Below, one piece after another: positions 38,524-52,129 of a stretch of 64,000 nucleotides of DNA (its first letter is position 1; each line of letters opens with the position of its first letter). Source of the stretch: Eledone cirrhosa (lineage: Eukaryota). Made by a program: the position numbers and the translations under genes. The notes below the pieces were generated by a model that saw only the letters and a program-made list of their open reading frames with translations, had not been told where the DNA came from and did no database searches. Location: contig OZ024741.1 of NCBI GenBank assembly GCA_964016885.1, positions 392,336,001-392,400,000 of the forward strand. Reading direction: 5' to 3'.

Positions 38524-39337
38524 TATCATCATCATCACCGTTTTACGTCCGTTCTTCCACGCTAGCATGGGTTAGACGGGTTGTCCTGTTGTGGGCAGTG
38601 TCTGGTCGGCTGACCATGCCTTGCTCATACAGGAACTGATCTGGCTTGATTTCTACAGCTGGATGCCCTTCCTAACACCAACCTCATTTACAGTGAGTGC
38701 TGGGTGCTTTTTCGTGGCGCCTACACGTCCACTTTACAGTGTGGGCTGGGTGCTTTTTTGCCGTGGCACCTCCACGACCACCTTGCGGTGGGGGGGGGGG
38801 GCATATTGTTTATATGCTTCAGCATGTACCCATGGGAGGTCGGGTACCCTGTATTACTGCGTGACGCCAGAAGTCACGGTCGTGTGTCATTGACTTTGAG
38901 AGGTGTAGTTGGGTAAGGTCGGCTTTTATCACCTCATCCCAAGTCATCTTGGGTCTCCCCACTCCGCGGTTTCCATCAACTTCTAGTGCTCTGCACCTTT
39001 TTATGCAGCTGTCATCCTTCATACGCATCACATGTCCATACCAGCGTAACCGCCTCTCCTGCACGCAGCATTTGATTCCTCTTATGCTCAGTCTCTCTCT
39101 CAATTCATTTATGCTTTGTCGTTCACGTATATTACTGTTACACATCCATCGGAGCATGCAGGCTTCGTTTCTCTCTAATCTACGTAAGTCTTCCACCTTC
39201 AGCGCCCAGGTCTCACTACCATGCAACATCGCTGTTCGGATACACGCATCATACAGTCTGCCTTTCATTCTGAGGGAGAAGCCTTTTGCAGCTAGCAGTG
39301 GTAGTAGTTCCCTAAACTTCTTCCATCCCGTTCTTAC

Positions 39338-39338
<1 letters not shown>
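38524..39338 (-). mobile_element. 5'-truncated RTE, highly similar to the 3' end of 34611-38019
   Basis: ORF 38819-39268 is nearly identical to 34903-35352; same 3' UTR. Confidence 0.95.
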
Positions 39339-39381
<43 letters not shown>

Positions 39382-41549
39382 TTGAATTTCATATTTCTAA
39401 AGAAATACGGAATGTTTATAAATAAACATTTTGAAAGCCATAGCTTTGAAAAACATTGGCAGCTAATGCCACCAAATGGTGCTCTGCAGAAGCAAGGGGG
39501 ACAATCATTGATGCCTTTCGAATTGAATTGGTTCTCGTTAGGATGATCCCTCCCGCTCTTGCAACTGCTGACTTTGAAAACAGGCGGAAATATATAGTCT
39601 TTTCATCTGTGTAAATGAGGGGATTAATCTCATTTGGATATGAAGCTGTATAAGTTAGCTCAACTTAATATAGAATAGAATTAGATTTTAGCTTCGAACA
39701 TAGCTGAATACAAATGTGTGTGTGTGTATGTGTGTATGTGTATATGTACATAATTTTGAATAGAAAGGTTTTAGAAATACGAATCTATGTGTAGGTTTAA
39801 TAAAAACATTTTTTCATATGGTGTAGCCTAGGAAAAGTTATTCCACATAAATTAACAATTAGCAATATGCAAATTTTGATGTTATATTAAAAGACAATAA
39901 ATACTTTTCTAAATTTCCATCAGTGATAATGCAATACAGTTGAGTGATAATTTCCATATTCCATAAGTGAAAAATTTAGAATGCAGATTTATTTTGAAAT
40001 ATTAAATAAAATTTGGCTCCATGCTAGATTATCACAATTTGTTCAATTCACAAGTGTATTTAGACTATATCTATATTTTAAGTTGGGTCAATCAATAGAC
40101 CGGTTGTGTTGATATATGCAATTCTGTGAAAATTATAAAAATATTGAATAATTAATAAAATATTATCTACTTACATCTGTTGTATTTTTAAGCTTACCTG
40201 ATTAAATTTCCACTAAAATCAATGGTTGTAAAGTCAATAAATTTATAAATTGAGAATGTATACTTAAAACATTGCTTATAGGGAGTTTAAGTGTTGTTAG
40301 TTCGTATATTTTAAAATACAAACATTTTTTCTGTTAAAAGTGCTTTATAATATATATAAATTATCAAAAGTAATTTTAATTATCACTTTATGAAAATGAA
40401 GGATGAAAAAAGTTCAAGAATTATGCTTAAAATATGGTATATACATACATACTCTCACATGACATACAAAATAAATAGAGAAAAATATAAAACTAACAAG
40501 GGAAAATAGATATAACTTAATATAAGAGAGGAGTTTGAATACTTTTTTCATCAAATCTTCAGAAAATTTAATAACAACTAGTATTGTGAAATATGAATAA
40601 AATGGAAAAAATACATATTTAGAATAAGATGTGTGTTTGTGTATGTGTGTGTGTAATTTTGGGAAATGTGTCAAGAGTAAAGAATAATCTATTACAAAAT
40701 AACTTGTGTTAATATCCTGTTGAATATAAGTTTGCCCCTTGTTCTTGGTGTTGGAAGTACCTGACAAGAACTTGAGGTTAAAACAAAGAAATATAAAGAA
40801 ACAGTGGAAAAATTTAATACATTTGCTGCTAATAATTGGAGATTCTAAACAGCAGCTAATTATATAATTTACACGTATCTGACTATGCTGCTTGTAATTT
40901 AAACAAGATAGAAACATATAAATCATTTAAAGAGTAACTGTTGTTTCAAAACATATCTGAATAAAAATTTGAATATAAATATTTCAAAATAGTTTCATTG
41001 CTCCATTATAGTTTCTGTAACTAATAGAGATGTTAAGATATTTTGAAGAATATCAAAGCAAACATTGCATTTTGAAATACTGAGGAAATAGTGGATGTTT
41101 TTTTTTATGGAAAACTATTGAGGAATTATGTTTTTATTGCTGGCAAAGGTGAAAAAGTAGATTTATTATTAGCAGCTTCAGAAGAACACAAAACAACGAA
41201 ACTTCCACTGTCACTACCGCTATCTCTCCCACTGAGTTCTGAGTGCTCTGTTGAGTAATGGGCTAACAGGTTTCAAACTGAATCCATCCTGATTTATATA
41301 TATATTTGCATCTATTTTTCAGTCTATTTGGATGCTAAAGTTCCACAAAATTGAGATGTGACCTCTTTCAAGTACGGGAGGTGGTTGATGCTCCCACCAA
41401 TTCTTTTGATGGGACAGGTGGTGAAAATGTTTACGCATTACCCAATGTATGTATTGTGCAGCTCTGTCATGCCTGTTTAGGCATTCGGTTGGAGCTATAG
41501 GACTGCATATTGAAATTATATGATCAATGGTCTCTGGTTGTTTTTTACA

Positions 41550-42075
41550 TACGCAAGTTTAGGGAGCTGCTTCCTCTGCTGACGAAGAAGGGTTTCTCCC
41601 TGCGTATGAAAGGCCAGTTATATGATGCCTGTGTGAGGAGCGCGATGCTGCATGGTAGTGAGATATGGGCAGCAACTGCAGAGGATATGCGACGAAAGGA
41701 GGCAAGCATGCTCCGTTGGATGTGCAATGTCAATGTGAGTGAACGACCCAGCATGTGTTGAGAGAGAAACTGTGTCTGAGAGGGATAGAATGTAGTGTAT
41801 GGGAGAGGAGACTGAGGTGGTATGGACATGTGATGCGCATGGAGGATGACCGATGGGTGAAGAAGTGCCAGGAAATGCCAGTTGAAGGAAGATGTGGTAG
41901 AGGTAGACCACAAAAACATGGGTGGAGGTGGTGAGAACAGACCTCAGATCGCTGAAGCTCACGGTGGAGATGACGAAGGACTGTGACAAGTGGAGAGATG
42001 CTGTGCTGAATAAGACCCGTCCCAACCTTGCAAGCAGAGAAAAGTGGACGTAAAATGATGATGATGATGATGATG
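41550..42075 (+). mobile_element. 5'-truncated RTE (second subfamily, short 3' UTR)
   Basis: RKFRELLPLL..KG.LYDACVRSAMLHGSE.W; (GAT)n tail. Confidence 0.9.
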
Positions 42076-42565
42076 ACAACATAATGGGTTGCATTCATTT
42101 TTTATGATGTTGGCTTGACAATTTTTTGTTGGCAGACACTGATCTTGTGCTGATACAATCAGTCCCTCAGTCTCCGATTTCAGTCCAGAGGATGCCAACC
42201 ACTGATGGGTTAAAGTTTTGTCAACATGGGGATTGTTAGCTCTTTCTGGGTATTTTCCATATGGAGGCTTTTCTTGCCATTTCTTAGCCAGTTTCTTTAA
42301 TAGTTCTTTCTTTGCAGTTACTTTTACTTGCTTTGCTTTTTCTGTGTTTTTCGATTCAGCAGTAAAGGGAACTTCTGAAATTTGTAGTTCATTACTGTAT
42401 CTTTGTGCATCTTTTGTAATGGAGTATGATCTTTTGTTGCTTTCATGTTTCAAAACGTGTTTGATCATCCAATCATGGGATTCCCTTAAGTATGTAGACA
42501 ATCCAATTGCTGCAGTTGTCAAAGAAATATCTAACTGGATTAAGCCACACTCTCCTTCTTTCCTA
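42076..42565 (-). mobile_element. R4/Dong-like (RLE) non-LTR fragment
   Basis: W.EKP.YGKY...WL.SSGLKSETEGLIVSAQDQCLPTKN...C.PLC. Confidence 0.75.
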
Positions 42566-42738
42566 GAGTAATATATTCTTTATTAGCTACACAGGGCTCA
42601 CATTAAGGAGACATTAAAGATGGTACAAGATGATACAGTATGGGTGTTTTTGTGTAAAATAAGATTTATAAAATAAATCTTTTGTGTGTGTATGGATATG
42701 TATATATTTGTGTATATGAATGCACATGCGTGTGTACT

Positions 42739-42773
<35 letters not shown>

Positions 42774-45130
42774 GTATGTCTGTGTATAAATATATATATA
42801 TTTATATAATTTATATATATATATGTGTGTGTGAGTCCTGGGTTCAACAGGAGTAACCACAGTAAGTAAGGTACACAATACATCAGTAGAGTGTAAACAT
42901 CATGTTTATATATCTATATATAAAGAATCCTATCTTTTGAAATTCTTCTCCACTTGAAGAATATATTAGTGGTGTTAGTAATGGACTTGGGTGTCATCAT
43001 GAATGTGTCAAAGGATGTGATGATTATGAAGGTAGCATGAGCAATGTTTGAGGAAGTGTAGACTAAGTGAATAAGTGAGCTAATGAAAACAATGAATAGA
43101 ATTTTCACTCTTCTCAACTTTCTTGTTTGTGATACTTAAATATATTTTAAGTTAAGATAACACAATGGAACCAAACTCTCACTGTCACTGCCTTCGTCTC
43201 TCACTATTATGAGCAACTGGGGGCCCATGCACTGGCTTCCTCGCAGCCCCAGTGGACAGAATAGAGAAGGCATTTCTCTCGAGAATGGTGAGGGAGATGT
43301 GCTGGAAGAGCCATTCCAGATTGTGAGGCTACACCTGCAGGTAGTCAACCCCATACCAATTGTGGTAGTCCTAGGGGCAAAGACACTAGAAGTCTCCCCT
43401 TTCTTTGTCTTATCAATAATTCTCTCCTTTTCTTCCCATTCTCTTAACCCCACCTCCTACCTATCTCCTTCCACCCTCCCCACCCTTTCCCACACCCCTC
43501 TAACCCCCCACTTGATATCTGGTCATTAAATAAGCCCCCGCCCCACCACTACTACCACCCAAACCACTAGGAAACTTGTAAATATCAATGACTTTCGGTG
43601 TCATCCATATCTATATCAAATATGATATATGTATATATATGTATATATTATACATAGAAGACATTTTAAAAGGAGCTTCATTGCTTACACACACCCTGAA
43701 TTTGCAGATACACTGAAATGGAATATTATTTATCATTCAAACTACTTAAATACAACCAACAGTAATATTGTTGGGACAATTGAAGTTTCTGCTATTTAGG
43801 GGAAAAAAAGAATCCTTGCAAATACAGTTATTTCTGATATATTTTAAATTGATGCTATTTTGATTAATCACGTTTGAAAATGATTATATCATGCTATTCC
43901 ATTTTTTTTTTATTCCAATAACCAAAATCTTTTACCACGTATAATATAGAATGAAAGATTAAAATAAACATTGAACTGAGAGCTGTCAATTGTTATTGAA
44001 CTCATATTATAGTTGTATTAAAATTAAATCTCAATTATCCAATCTGATGGTAAACAAAGAAAGTACTATTGAACATAAATATATAAAAATGCATGTTTAC
44101 AGAGTTTTTATGTAATTCAATCAATGAAATGTAATTTTCTACAATCTGCTTTTTGTTGTCATTTTCTTTTCATAAACATGGTAACAATAAACAAGCTCAA
44201 TTACTTGCAATACTCAGACTTTGTAGAGTGAATAAAGACACCACTGAACTGATTTTGTTCAGCTTTTAGATTCTTCGACAATTCAGTCATTCTTGTGTTA
44301 ATTCATTCAAATACTGTTTAAAGTAACTAACATGTAGTACTTTTGATAACTATAAACAAAATACGTGATCACTACACTACTGTTGATAACATCTCTTTGA
44401 TGTTCTTCAATAATTCAAATTCACTTTTAACCCTTTATTATTCTATATTTACTATTGTATTTTCACAGTAAAGGCTTTACTTCACATAATTATCTCACAT
44501 AATATCGAATCTATGATATGATGTTATTTTATATTTTGAGAACAATACCTTAACGTCAGTATGAGCAACTGCTTTGAACAGAAAGAGTTGAGAGAGTTCT
44601 AGCCAGATATGGCCAGTTTAAATGCTAAAGGGTTAATCATCATAAACAAAGGACAAAATAGTTGCATGAGTATTATTCTTAAGGTCAAGCTACACACGAT
44701 ATGGCTAATTAAATATTCATGGGAACAAATATTCATCTTAAGACAAAATTCGAAATTTTTGGGTAATTGAAACTCAGATAAACAAGGTTTAACAATGGAA
44801 TGATTAGCTTAACCCTTTAGTTACCAGCCCCGGCAAAACTGGCTCTGCTTCTATGAAATAAAACCAGCCATTTTAAAGGTTCCCAATTTAAAATAAAATG
44901 TGAAAGAATATGTAAATAAGTTTTAATTAAATGTGACATTCAGGATTTTGGCATATTATTTGAGAGACTGGGCAAATCAATTTACTTCAAGACACACTAT
45001 TCTAATATTGGAAAAATCATGCAATAAAATCTGCACAGTTTTCTTAGATATTAAACCATGCACACGCGCACGTACACACACACACACACACAAATGCACA
45101 CACACACACGCACATACACACACTGACGCA

Positions 45131-45165
<35 letters not shown>

Positions 45166-45378
45166 TTTGTATAGTGAGTTAATAATTATAGAATAATATT
45201 ATTTTTTTCTGAATCCCATTTCATAACCAAATTCACGTTTGTTAAGTTATAAAATATAAATAGGACAAGCTCTACACTCTTGCTTGGCAGTATATCTCTT
45301 AATATATTGTTCAATGAATGGATGTTTTATGATATATGTTAAAAGATATAAATGATAATGTAAAACATGAATAATTAC

Positions 45379-45444
45379 CTGCAGTGATGTAGTGGCATCA
45401 TCTCCTCCATCATCATCATCATCTTCATCTTCACCATGACAACT
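45379..45444 (-). CDS. RyR: RyR exon SCHGEDEDDDDDGGDDATTSLQ
   Basis: tcag acceptor, gtaatt donor, 66 nt; acidic SCH.E segment of RyR. Confidence 0.92.
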
Positions 45445-45809
45445 CTGAAAAATGGAAAACAAACATAATTTAGTATAATTAGAAATAATGCTTATATTTT
45501 GAACTGGTATCAAATGTCCAGAGTTCCTATTTCTGGGATAATAATATTTTTTGATATGGAGTGCACTTGTGCCTTGTTGAGGGTTAGTAGCTGATCAGAA
45601 TGTAATGTTTGCAAGTTGATAGTAGTAGGAAATATCTAGTGTAGTATCTATGTTGTGTGTGCATGGCACTTGTTTATAAAAAAAAAGATTATTGAGTGGA
45701 GGAGGGTATTATGTGTTGAAGAATGTGAGTTTTAAAGTAAATGTGGTAAGATTGTTGATGTATAGAAGGATGGCTGTGAGAGAGGGCCAAAGATCTGGAG
45801 AACAAAGCG

Positions 45810-45967
<158 letters not shown>

Positions 45968-47109
45968 AGCTTTGTTGATAGTTCAACGATGCTGTGATGA
46001 GGCTTCTGACAGGAAATTCTTTGTCCAAGAGAAGAAGATTGTTTTAACTCATAAGTAGGCAACTTTGTTAGGAGGACGTTGTTTGTGTGAGAGGTGAAGG
46101 TTTTGTTTATAGTAAAGGCAACAATGTTGCTTTGCTTAGGTTCCCAAGAGCAAGAGAAATCTGGCCAGGGACATATAAAAATAGGTCTCTGCTGAAGCTA
46201 AAGGCAACAACATTGCTTTGAAGGGTCAGTGAATTCTGGTTAGGGACATATAAAAGCAAGTTTCTGTTGAAGCTTGCTCAACAGAAGTTAGCAGATAGAT
46301 ATGCTATGGATGATAAAGAAGAGGTTAATTCTATGACTCTTACCATCAAATTTGAGTTGTGATTTAAAGCAGATTTTACCACTATATCTAGAAAGCTGAG
46401 ACACTACATAGAGTTTCTGCATTGGTTACAAAGGCTTTTTATTGACAAGAGAAAGGCATGGATGTGTAGTTAAGAAGTTTGCATTGCAACCAGATGATTC
46501 AAAGTTTAGTTTCACTTCACAGCTTTTTAGATGAATGACTTCTATCACAACCTTGAATTGATTAATACCTTGCTTTTAAACCACCAAAAACCACAAAAAC
46601 ACATATTATTGCGTATGTATGTGTGCTTATGTATATATGCATGTAATCATATATCTAAATGTGCATGTCACTTATTTGTAGAACAAAAAATGACCTTTCC
46701 TCTTGACCACTCTTTGTTAACATCTGGCCCATGTAATATTGTTTGCAATTTTGTCCTTAACAGACTTAATTTAATCATCCCACCATGCTCAATTAATTTA
46801 ATCTGATCATCCTAACCCACTCACCCCAACAAAATACATTCCTCTTTAAACCACCAAACAATGACACATTTGTTTATTTCTTGTCTTTGATTTGATTTGC
46901 ACATTTTTCTATAAACCCTCCTTACAACCACACCTTCACCATTATTTATGTGGCAGGACTATATTAATAGCAAAGGACCAGTTTGAAAATTGCTCAAATA
47001 GTGAGAAATTTGATTTAAACTCAGAACATAAGGGGCGATAACTATATGCCACAAAGCATATTGTCCGATGCTCTATTGATAAAAAAATAACACAACATAT
47101 TTTGCTTAC

Positions 47110-47283
47110 TTTACTCATTATATCTGCATAAGCTATATAGAGTTCATCAGCTTCAAGGCCATCACTTTGTTCTTTTGTTGCACCTCTGCATAATGCGATA
47201 ATTAATTGATTAAGAGGATCTGGTTTCTTTTCTTCTTCTACTTCTTTCTTCTCAACAACTTCTTCTTCTTCCTCTTTAGCAAT
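47110..47283 (-). CDS. RyR: RyR exon [10 protein letters not shown]...[10 protein letters not shown]...[11 protein letters not shown]
   Basis: tcag acceptor, gtaagc donor, 174 nt; KPDPL.QL and LY.AYADIM.K motifs. Confidence 0.95.
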
Positions 47284-47412
47284 CTGAAATTTTAAAATGA
47301 CCAAAATATTTATGTATTATAAAAAAAGTGTGCAATAATAGGTGATGGGTTCAACATTGTCTTAATGATTCAATTTTGCTTATTACAAAAACTTATTATG
47401 TATATAATACAA

Positions 47413-47443
<31 letters not shown>

Positions 47444-47452
47444 TACATACAT

Positions 47453-47483
<31 letters not shown>

Positions 47484-47519
47484 AACAAATAAATAAAATA
47501 TATATATATATATCACACA

Positions 47520-49005
47520 TACACATACATAAAATCAACTATAAAAGAATCTCCAAGGAAAGTAATCTACCAACATACACCATAGCACTAAATACAAAAC
47601 ACAAACACATAACAACATCACAACCACACACACGTTAGGGTACATTGCAACAAAACATCAATGAACCTAAATCTCAGCACATCCCTAACAACATACAAAA
47701 CCGCAACGGATAACCTGCACACAGGAAGAACTCCAAGTGTAACTGCCACCTGCCGGATAAATGGCCACTACAAAATAGATGCCTGGAATCAAGTATAGTG
47801 TACCTTTGTACTATCAAGTCAGGCAACTTAGCATGGCACTACATAGGTTCTACTGCTGGGAATTAAAAAAAAGATGGTATGTACATAGGCATTCTATAAA
47901 AAACCGTAGACTAGAGAACTCAACGACACTGGCCAATAAGATCTGGCAGCTTAAGGACATCAACCAGGAATATGAGATTAGTTGGTCGAAGTTATCGAGT
48001 ACAAGGGTCTACAAAAATGGAATGTCCCACTGTGGACTTTGCAATATGGAGCTGCTCCATATTTTAAAATATGATAAAATGCTGCTTAACAACAAAATAG
48101 AACGATCAATTGTCTGTAGGCACAAAGCAGCCACCAGGTTCTCTAACTTCAAACCGGCATGATTCGATCCAGCAATCTCGGAATTCAAGCAGAACCACCC
48201 AGGTTTTAATGTACTAGCTCCACACCACACCACTGTTATTAGCTGTCAACCGACCAACCAATCATTAAATCAACATCTTAAATCTCCCAACATTTCTTCC
48301 ACTCTCTCTCTATAACCGCATCACCTCCATTAAGATAAAACAATTGGTCTACCAGACCATAATCACCCGTATATCATCACTGCCCTTTCACTTTTTATTC
48401 TCTATCTATCTACTCCTTACCCGACATTAGTCCTACCCCTTATGTCTCATCCTCGAATCCTTATCTTCACTCTCTGTCTCCTGTCCCTTATCTCTTTCTC
48501 TCTTACTTGTTATTTTTTATTTTATTTATTATTTTTTATTTTAATCCTCTGAGATTTGATTGTACCTCTTGCATTTATACTACATATCATGTATTTCATA
48601 TTTCTTTTCATATTATTATCTTTACTGTCATCACTATTTCACACACCTACTTACTCACCACTATAACTTCAACTACCACCACCACTACTACTATTATCAG
48701 TAACCGTATTCTGTACTTATTTTTTACATCTTTATCATTTTCATTTTCACTTCTTTATTATTATCTTTTATTATTGATGTTATTGTTTTCATTCACTTGA
48801 TTCTCCGATGTATCTATAATACCAGTGTGTTACACCCTCCAGTATTCCAATGATTTGATCAGAGACACACACACTATATTTAAGGTCGAGTGATGCAACT
48901 TTGAGTGATTAGCAGCCTTTAAACTCACCTGATCAATGAAACAATTGTTAATAAAACCCTTTTTGTACAGCCAACCATGTTATTCTTCACTCTTTCACTA
49001 CTATA
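47520..49005 (+). mobile_element. 5'-truncated Penelope-like element (Naiad-like GIY-YIG)
   Basis: KCNCHLPDKWPLQNRCLESSIVY..HYIGST, then a frameshift to KKRWYVHRHSI..STTLA..IW..CGLCNME..LLN....CRH (47779-48162); degenerate hammerhead 48841-48955 (ccaatga, ttgatcag/ctgatcaa, GAAACAATTGT). Confidence 0.85.
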
Positions 49006-49031
49006 TATATATATATATATATATATATCAC

Positions 49032-49472
49032 TATCATCATCATCACCACTTTACGTCCGTTCTTCCACGCTAGCATGGGTTAGACGGGTTGTCCTGTTGT
49101 GGGCAGTGTCTGGTGGGCTGACCTGTCTTGCTCATACGGGGACTGATTCTGGCTTGATTTCTACAGCTGGATGCCCTTCCTAACACCAACCTCATTTACA
49201 GTGAGTGATGGGTGCTTTTTTTCCGTGGCGCCTACACGTCCACTTTACAGTGTGGGCTGGGTGCTTTTTTGCCATGGCACCTCCACGACCACTTTGCAGT
49301 GCAATGATAGGGACCCTAGTCCTATCATCTCATTTCTACAGCTGAGTAAACTGGAGCATAGTGAAAATAAAGTGTCTTGCTCAAGGAAACAACACAGTAC
49401 CTGGTTCGAGTATTGAACTCACAACCTTTCGATTGCAAGACCAATGCTCTAACCACTAAGCCATGCGCCTTC
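49032..49472 (-). mobile_element. tRNA-derived SINE with long RTE-derived 3' tail
   Basis: Head as at 23144-23460; tail matches the 3' UTR of 34611-34870. Confidence 0.85.
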
Positions 49473-49489
49473 ATATATATATATATATA

Positions 49490-50600
49490 GTGAAAAAAGT
49501 GTGAATGTTAGAAAACGTTCTATACAGATCACATTATATAAGGAAAATGATAATAAAAAAAAGGTTTGAAAAGCACACCTCGTATATATATAAAAAGGTT
49601 TTTTATAACATGTACAAAAAATTGTTGTTAACGAAGCTTGTTTTCTCCATTTTGGATATTCAAAACATTTGTTATTAGGTTAAATTGTTTTTTCGTTAAA
49701 ACTACTGAATGCTGATTTTTGATTGCATGGTTTGGGTTGCTTCTGTCCTTGCAATAAGGGATGCAACAGATTTTTTTTTGTTGTCGCTTGTATGTAAAAA
49801 AAAATCTTTTAATCTGTGACAAGGAACGTAACTCTACCTTCCTAGTGTTGAAAAAAATTACTATGTCACAAGCAAGTTCAAACTTGGTTTGAATTTTCTG
49901 ATGAACATTTTTTTCTTTATTGATTCGACCTTACATTGGTACAATGGTTTGGTCATGTTTTGTCTCTGCATTCTTCTATATGTTTGCTTAGAGGGATCTT
50001 TCTAGTATACAGGGTTCCGATTTGCTGCCTATGGACTGTCATTCTTTGTCAAATGTCAGCCATGACTGTCCTAAATAATGTTTGTGGCAACCTCAGCAGG
50101 TTATGACATAAATTAAGTTTTCCGAGTTGCACAAGAAGTTATTCTTAATTTTGAAGATGGGTCTGTCTGTGAAGTGAAATTCATAGCCTTCCAATTGGTA
50201 GTTGCACAATCCACAATGAGGTTGGTGACATCTTTTCACATGGGGTCTTGTAATTGTGGTTTACAGTTATGCCCTTGTAAGTAATATTTTTTAATGATTT
50301 CGGCTACTGTTTATTCTTAATAGCAGGATATTTTTGTAAGTGGTCTTTCATTTTTTTGTCTTTTTCTAGTATAAGTAGGTTTAGTTGTATGTGTGGATGG
50401 ATTTTTGTGTTTTTGGGGTTGAAGGTTGAGATGTATGGTATGACTTTTTTTCTTTTTTTGGTTTTGTTTCTTGGAGGACTTGAATGTTAATTTCTTTGCG
50501 TTTTGAATGCTATCATTGATTAGGTTTAGAGGGTATGTTCTCTTGATGTGTATATATTTCTCCAGTCTTGTTGTTGTGCTTGAAATAATTCTGCAGATTC
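49490..50600 (-). mobile_element. Degraded Penelope-like element (thumb plus GIY-YIG)
   Basis: KRTYPLNLI and FKIKNNFLCNSENLIYVITC*GCHKHYLGQS...RMTVHRQQI. Confidence 0.75.
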
Positions 50601-51685
50601 ATCTAGCTAGGTTTACAGGCTAAAATGCAATAGCAAAGTGGAGATTTATGAACACTGGATGACCTCAACCCTACTGACACTGCCAAGAAAATTACAAATT
50701 TAACCAACCAACAGGAAACAAGAACCGTAAAAGTAACTACGGCAAAAACTATCTCTTGAAAAATTGTGGATTTAAATTGAACTCATCAAATGAAGAGCAA
50801 GTAGAAATGAACAAAAATACACAGACATTGATGAACAAAGGGAAATTGAAATTTCCAAAAAATACGATGGGGATTTACTTGACCTCTTTAAAAAACAATG
50901 GGAACAAGAATGAAGAGCTAACCTCCCTACGTAGACGGGATAAAAATAACAACTGGTTTGAAGAAGAATTTAAAAACGAATACAGTGAAAAAATATTTTT
51001 TGAAGAAATCAAAAATCAATAACATGAAAACCCATACTGACAACACCCACACAACACAACTCCAATATTCAGCTTATCAAAGAAAACCCCAATATAGATG
51101 AGATTTAGACAAATTTTGATTAAATGATAATCAGAAGATTTCCAAGACAACGTTTACCATTTCAACACATAAATAGATCAACAAGGAGTAATAACAGACC
51201 CCACACCCAGAAGTACTTAAAAATCCCAGACAAAACTCCTATATATAGAAATTTGACCCTTTAAATATCACAGTAAGCTGATTTATTTTTTGGACTGACA
51301 TCCAAAAGTTAAATACCCTTTGATCTCTGTGGCAGAGAAGCAGTGGTTGTAATAAATGAATGGCATTTATTAAGAGCAGATGTATTCCTGTCACCATTTG
51401 ACAACCCACACATACTTCACTATGCCTACCAGCCCACAAGGCTGGCATTAACTGATTATGTGACATTCTGGGATTGTCTGCTACAGATAGAACACCAAAT
51501 CAGTCCTCTATTTTCTATTTTCAATTCAAAGTTTAAAATTTCAATTTTAGTGTATCATGAAATAGCTAAATTGCATTTCATTTACAGAGAGTTTTCAGCA
51601 ATTATGGTAAATACTATTTTTTCTTTTGAGAAAAAATTATTTTAAAATTTCCTTTTAAAATTTCACAAATAGAAATATTACTCAC

Positions 51686-51779
51686 AGTTAGATCTTCAAT
51701 AAGGACATTTTTGCTGACTTCTTCTGTCCCAAGCCATGTCAGACGATAGGCTTTCAAAAACAGATTCATGGCTCGATGT
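51686..51779 (-). CDS. RyR: RyR exon HRAMNLFLKAYRLTWLGTEEVSKNVLIEDLT
   Basis: ttag acceptor, gtgagt donor, 94 nt, phase 2/0. Confidence 0.94.
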
Positions 51780-52129
51780 CTAATAAAAAAAAATAATAGA
51801 AGTGTTACATTAATTGATAATTTATAAGTGATTGATTATAAACAATCAATTAGCTTATATTTAATCAGTTATTTATTGATTCAACATTAAATATATTTTT
51901 GGTATTTTTTGAGATTTTATGCTCAATTTGTAGTACAGAAGGTCTGTATCCTTTGTAAATTTGTAAACAAATTTTGTGTTGGTATTTGCTTTTGCAGCCC
52001 AGGTTTCTTTTTCTATTCTCTCATTTCCACAGGAATACCTTTTTTAATGCCAATGCTTATGAGACGCCTTCTTAATTGGTTTCTTTCCCTTTCAATAGTT
52101 TGTAACCAGAGTGAGTATGGATTGGAGAA

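Noticed and set aside
40414-40926. 170-aa minus-strand ORF
   Set aside because: Low-complexity AT-rich translation with no recognisable domain.
50620-51520. Possible LINE ORF1 remnant (ORFs 50756, 51343)
   Set aside because: Too degraded to assign without a profile search.
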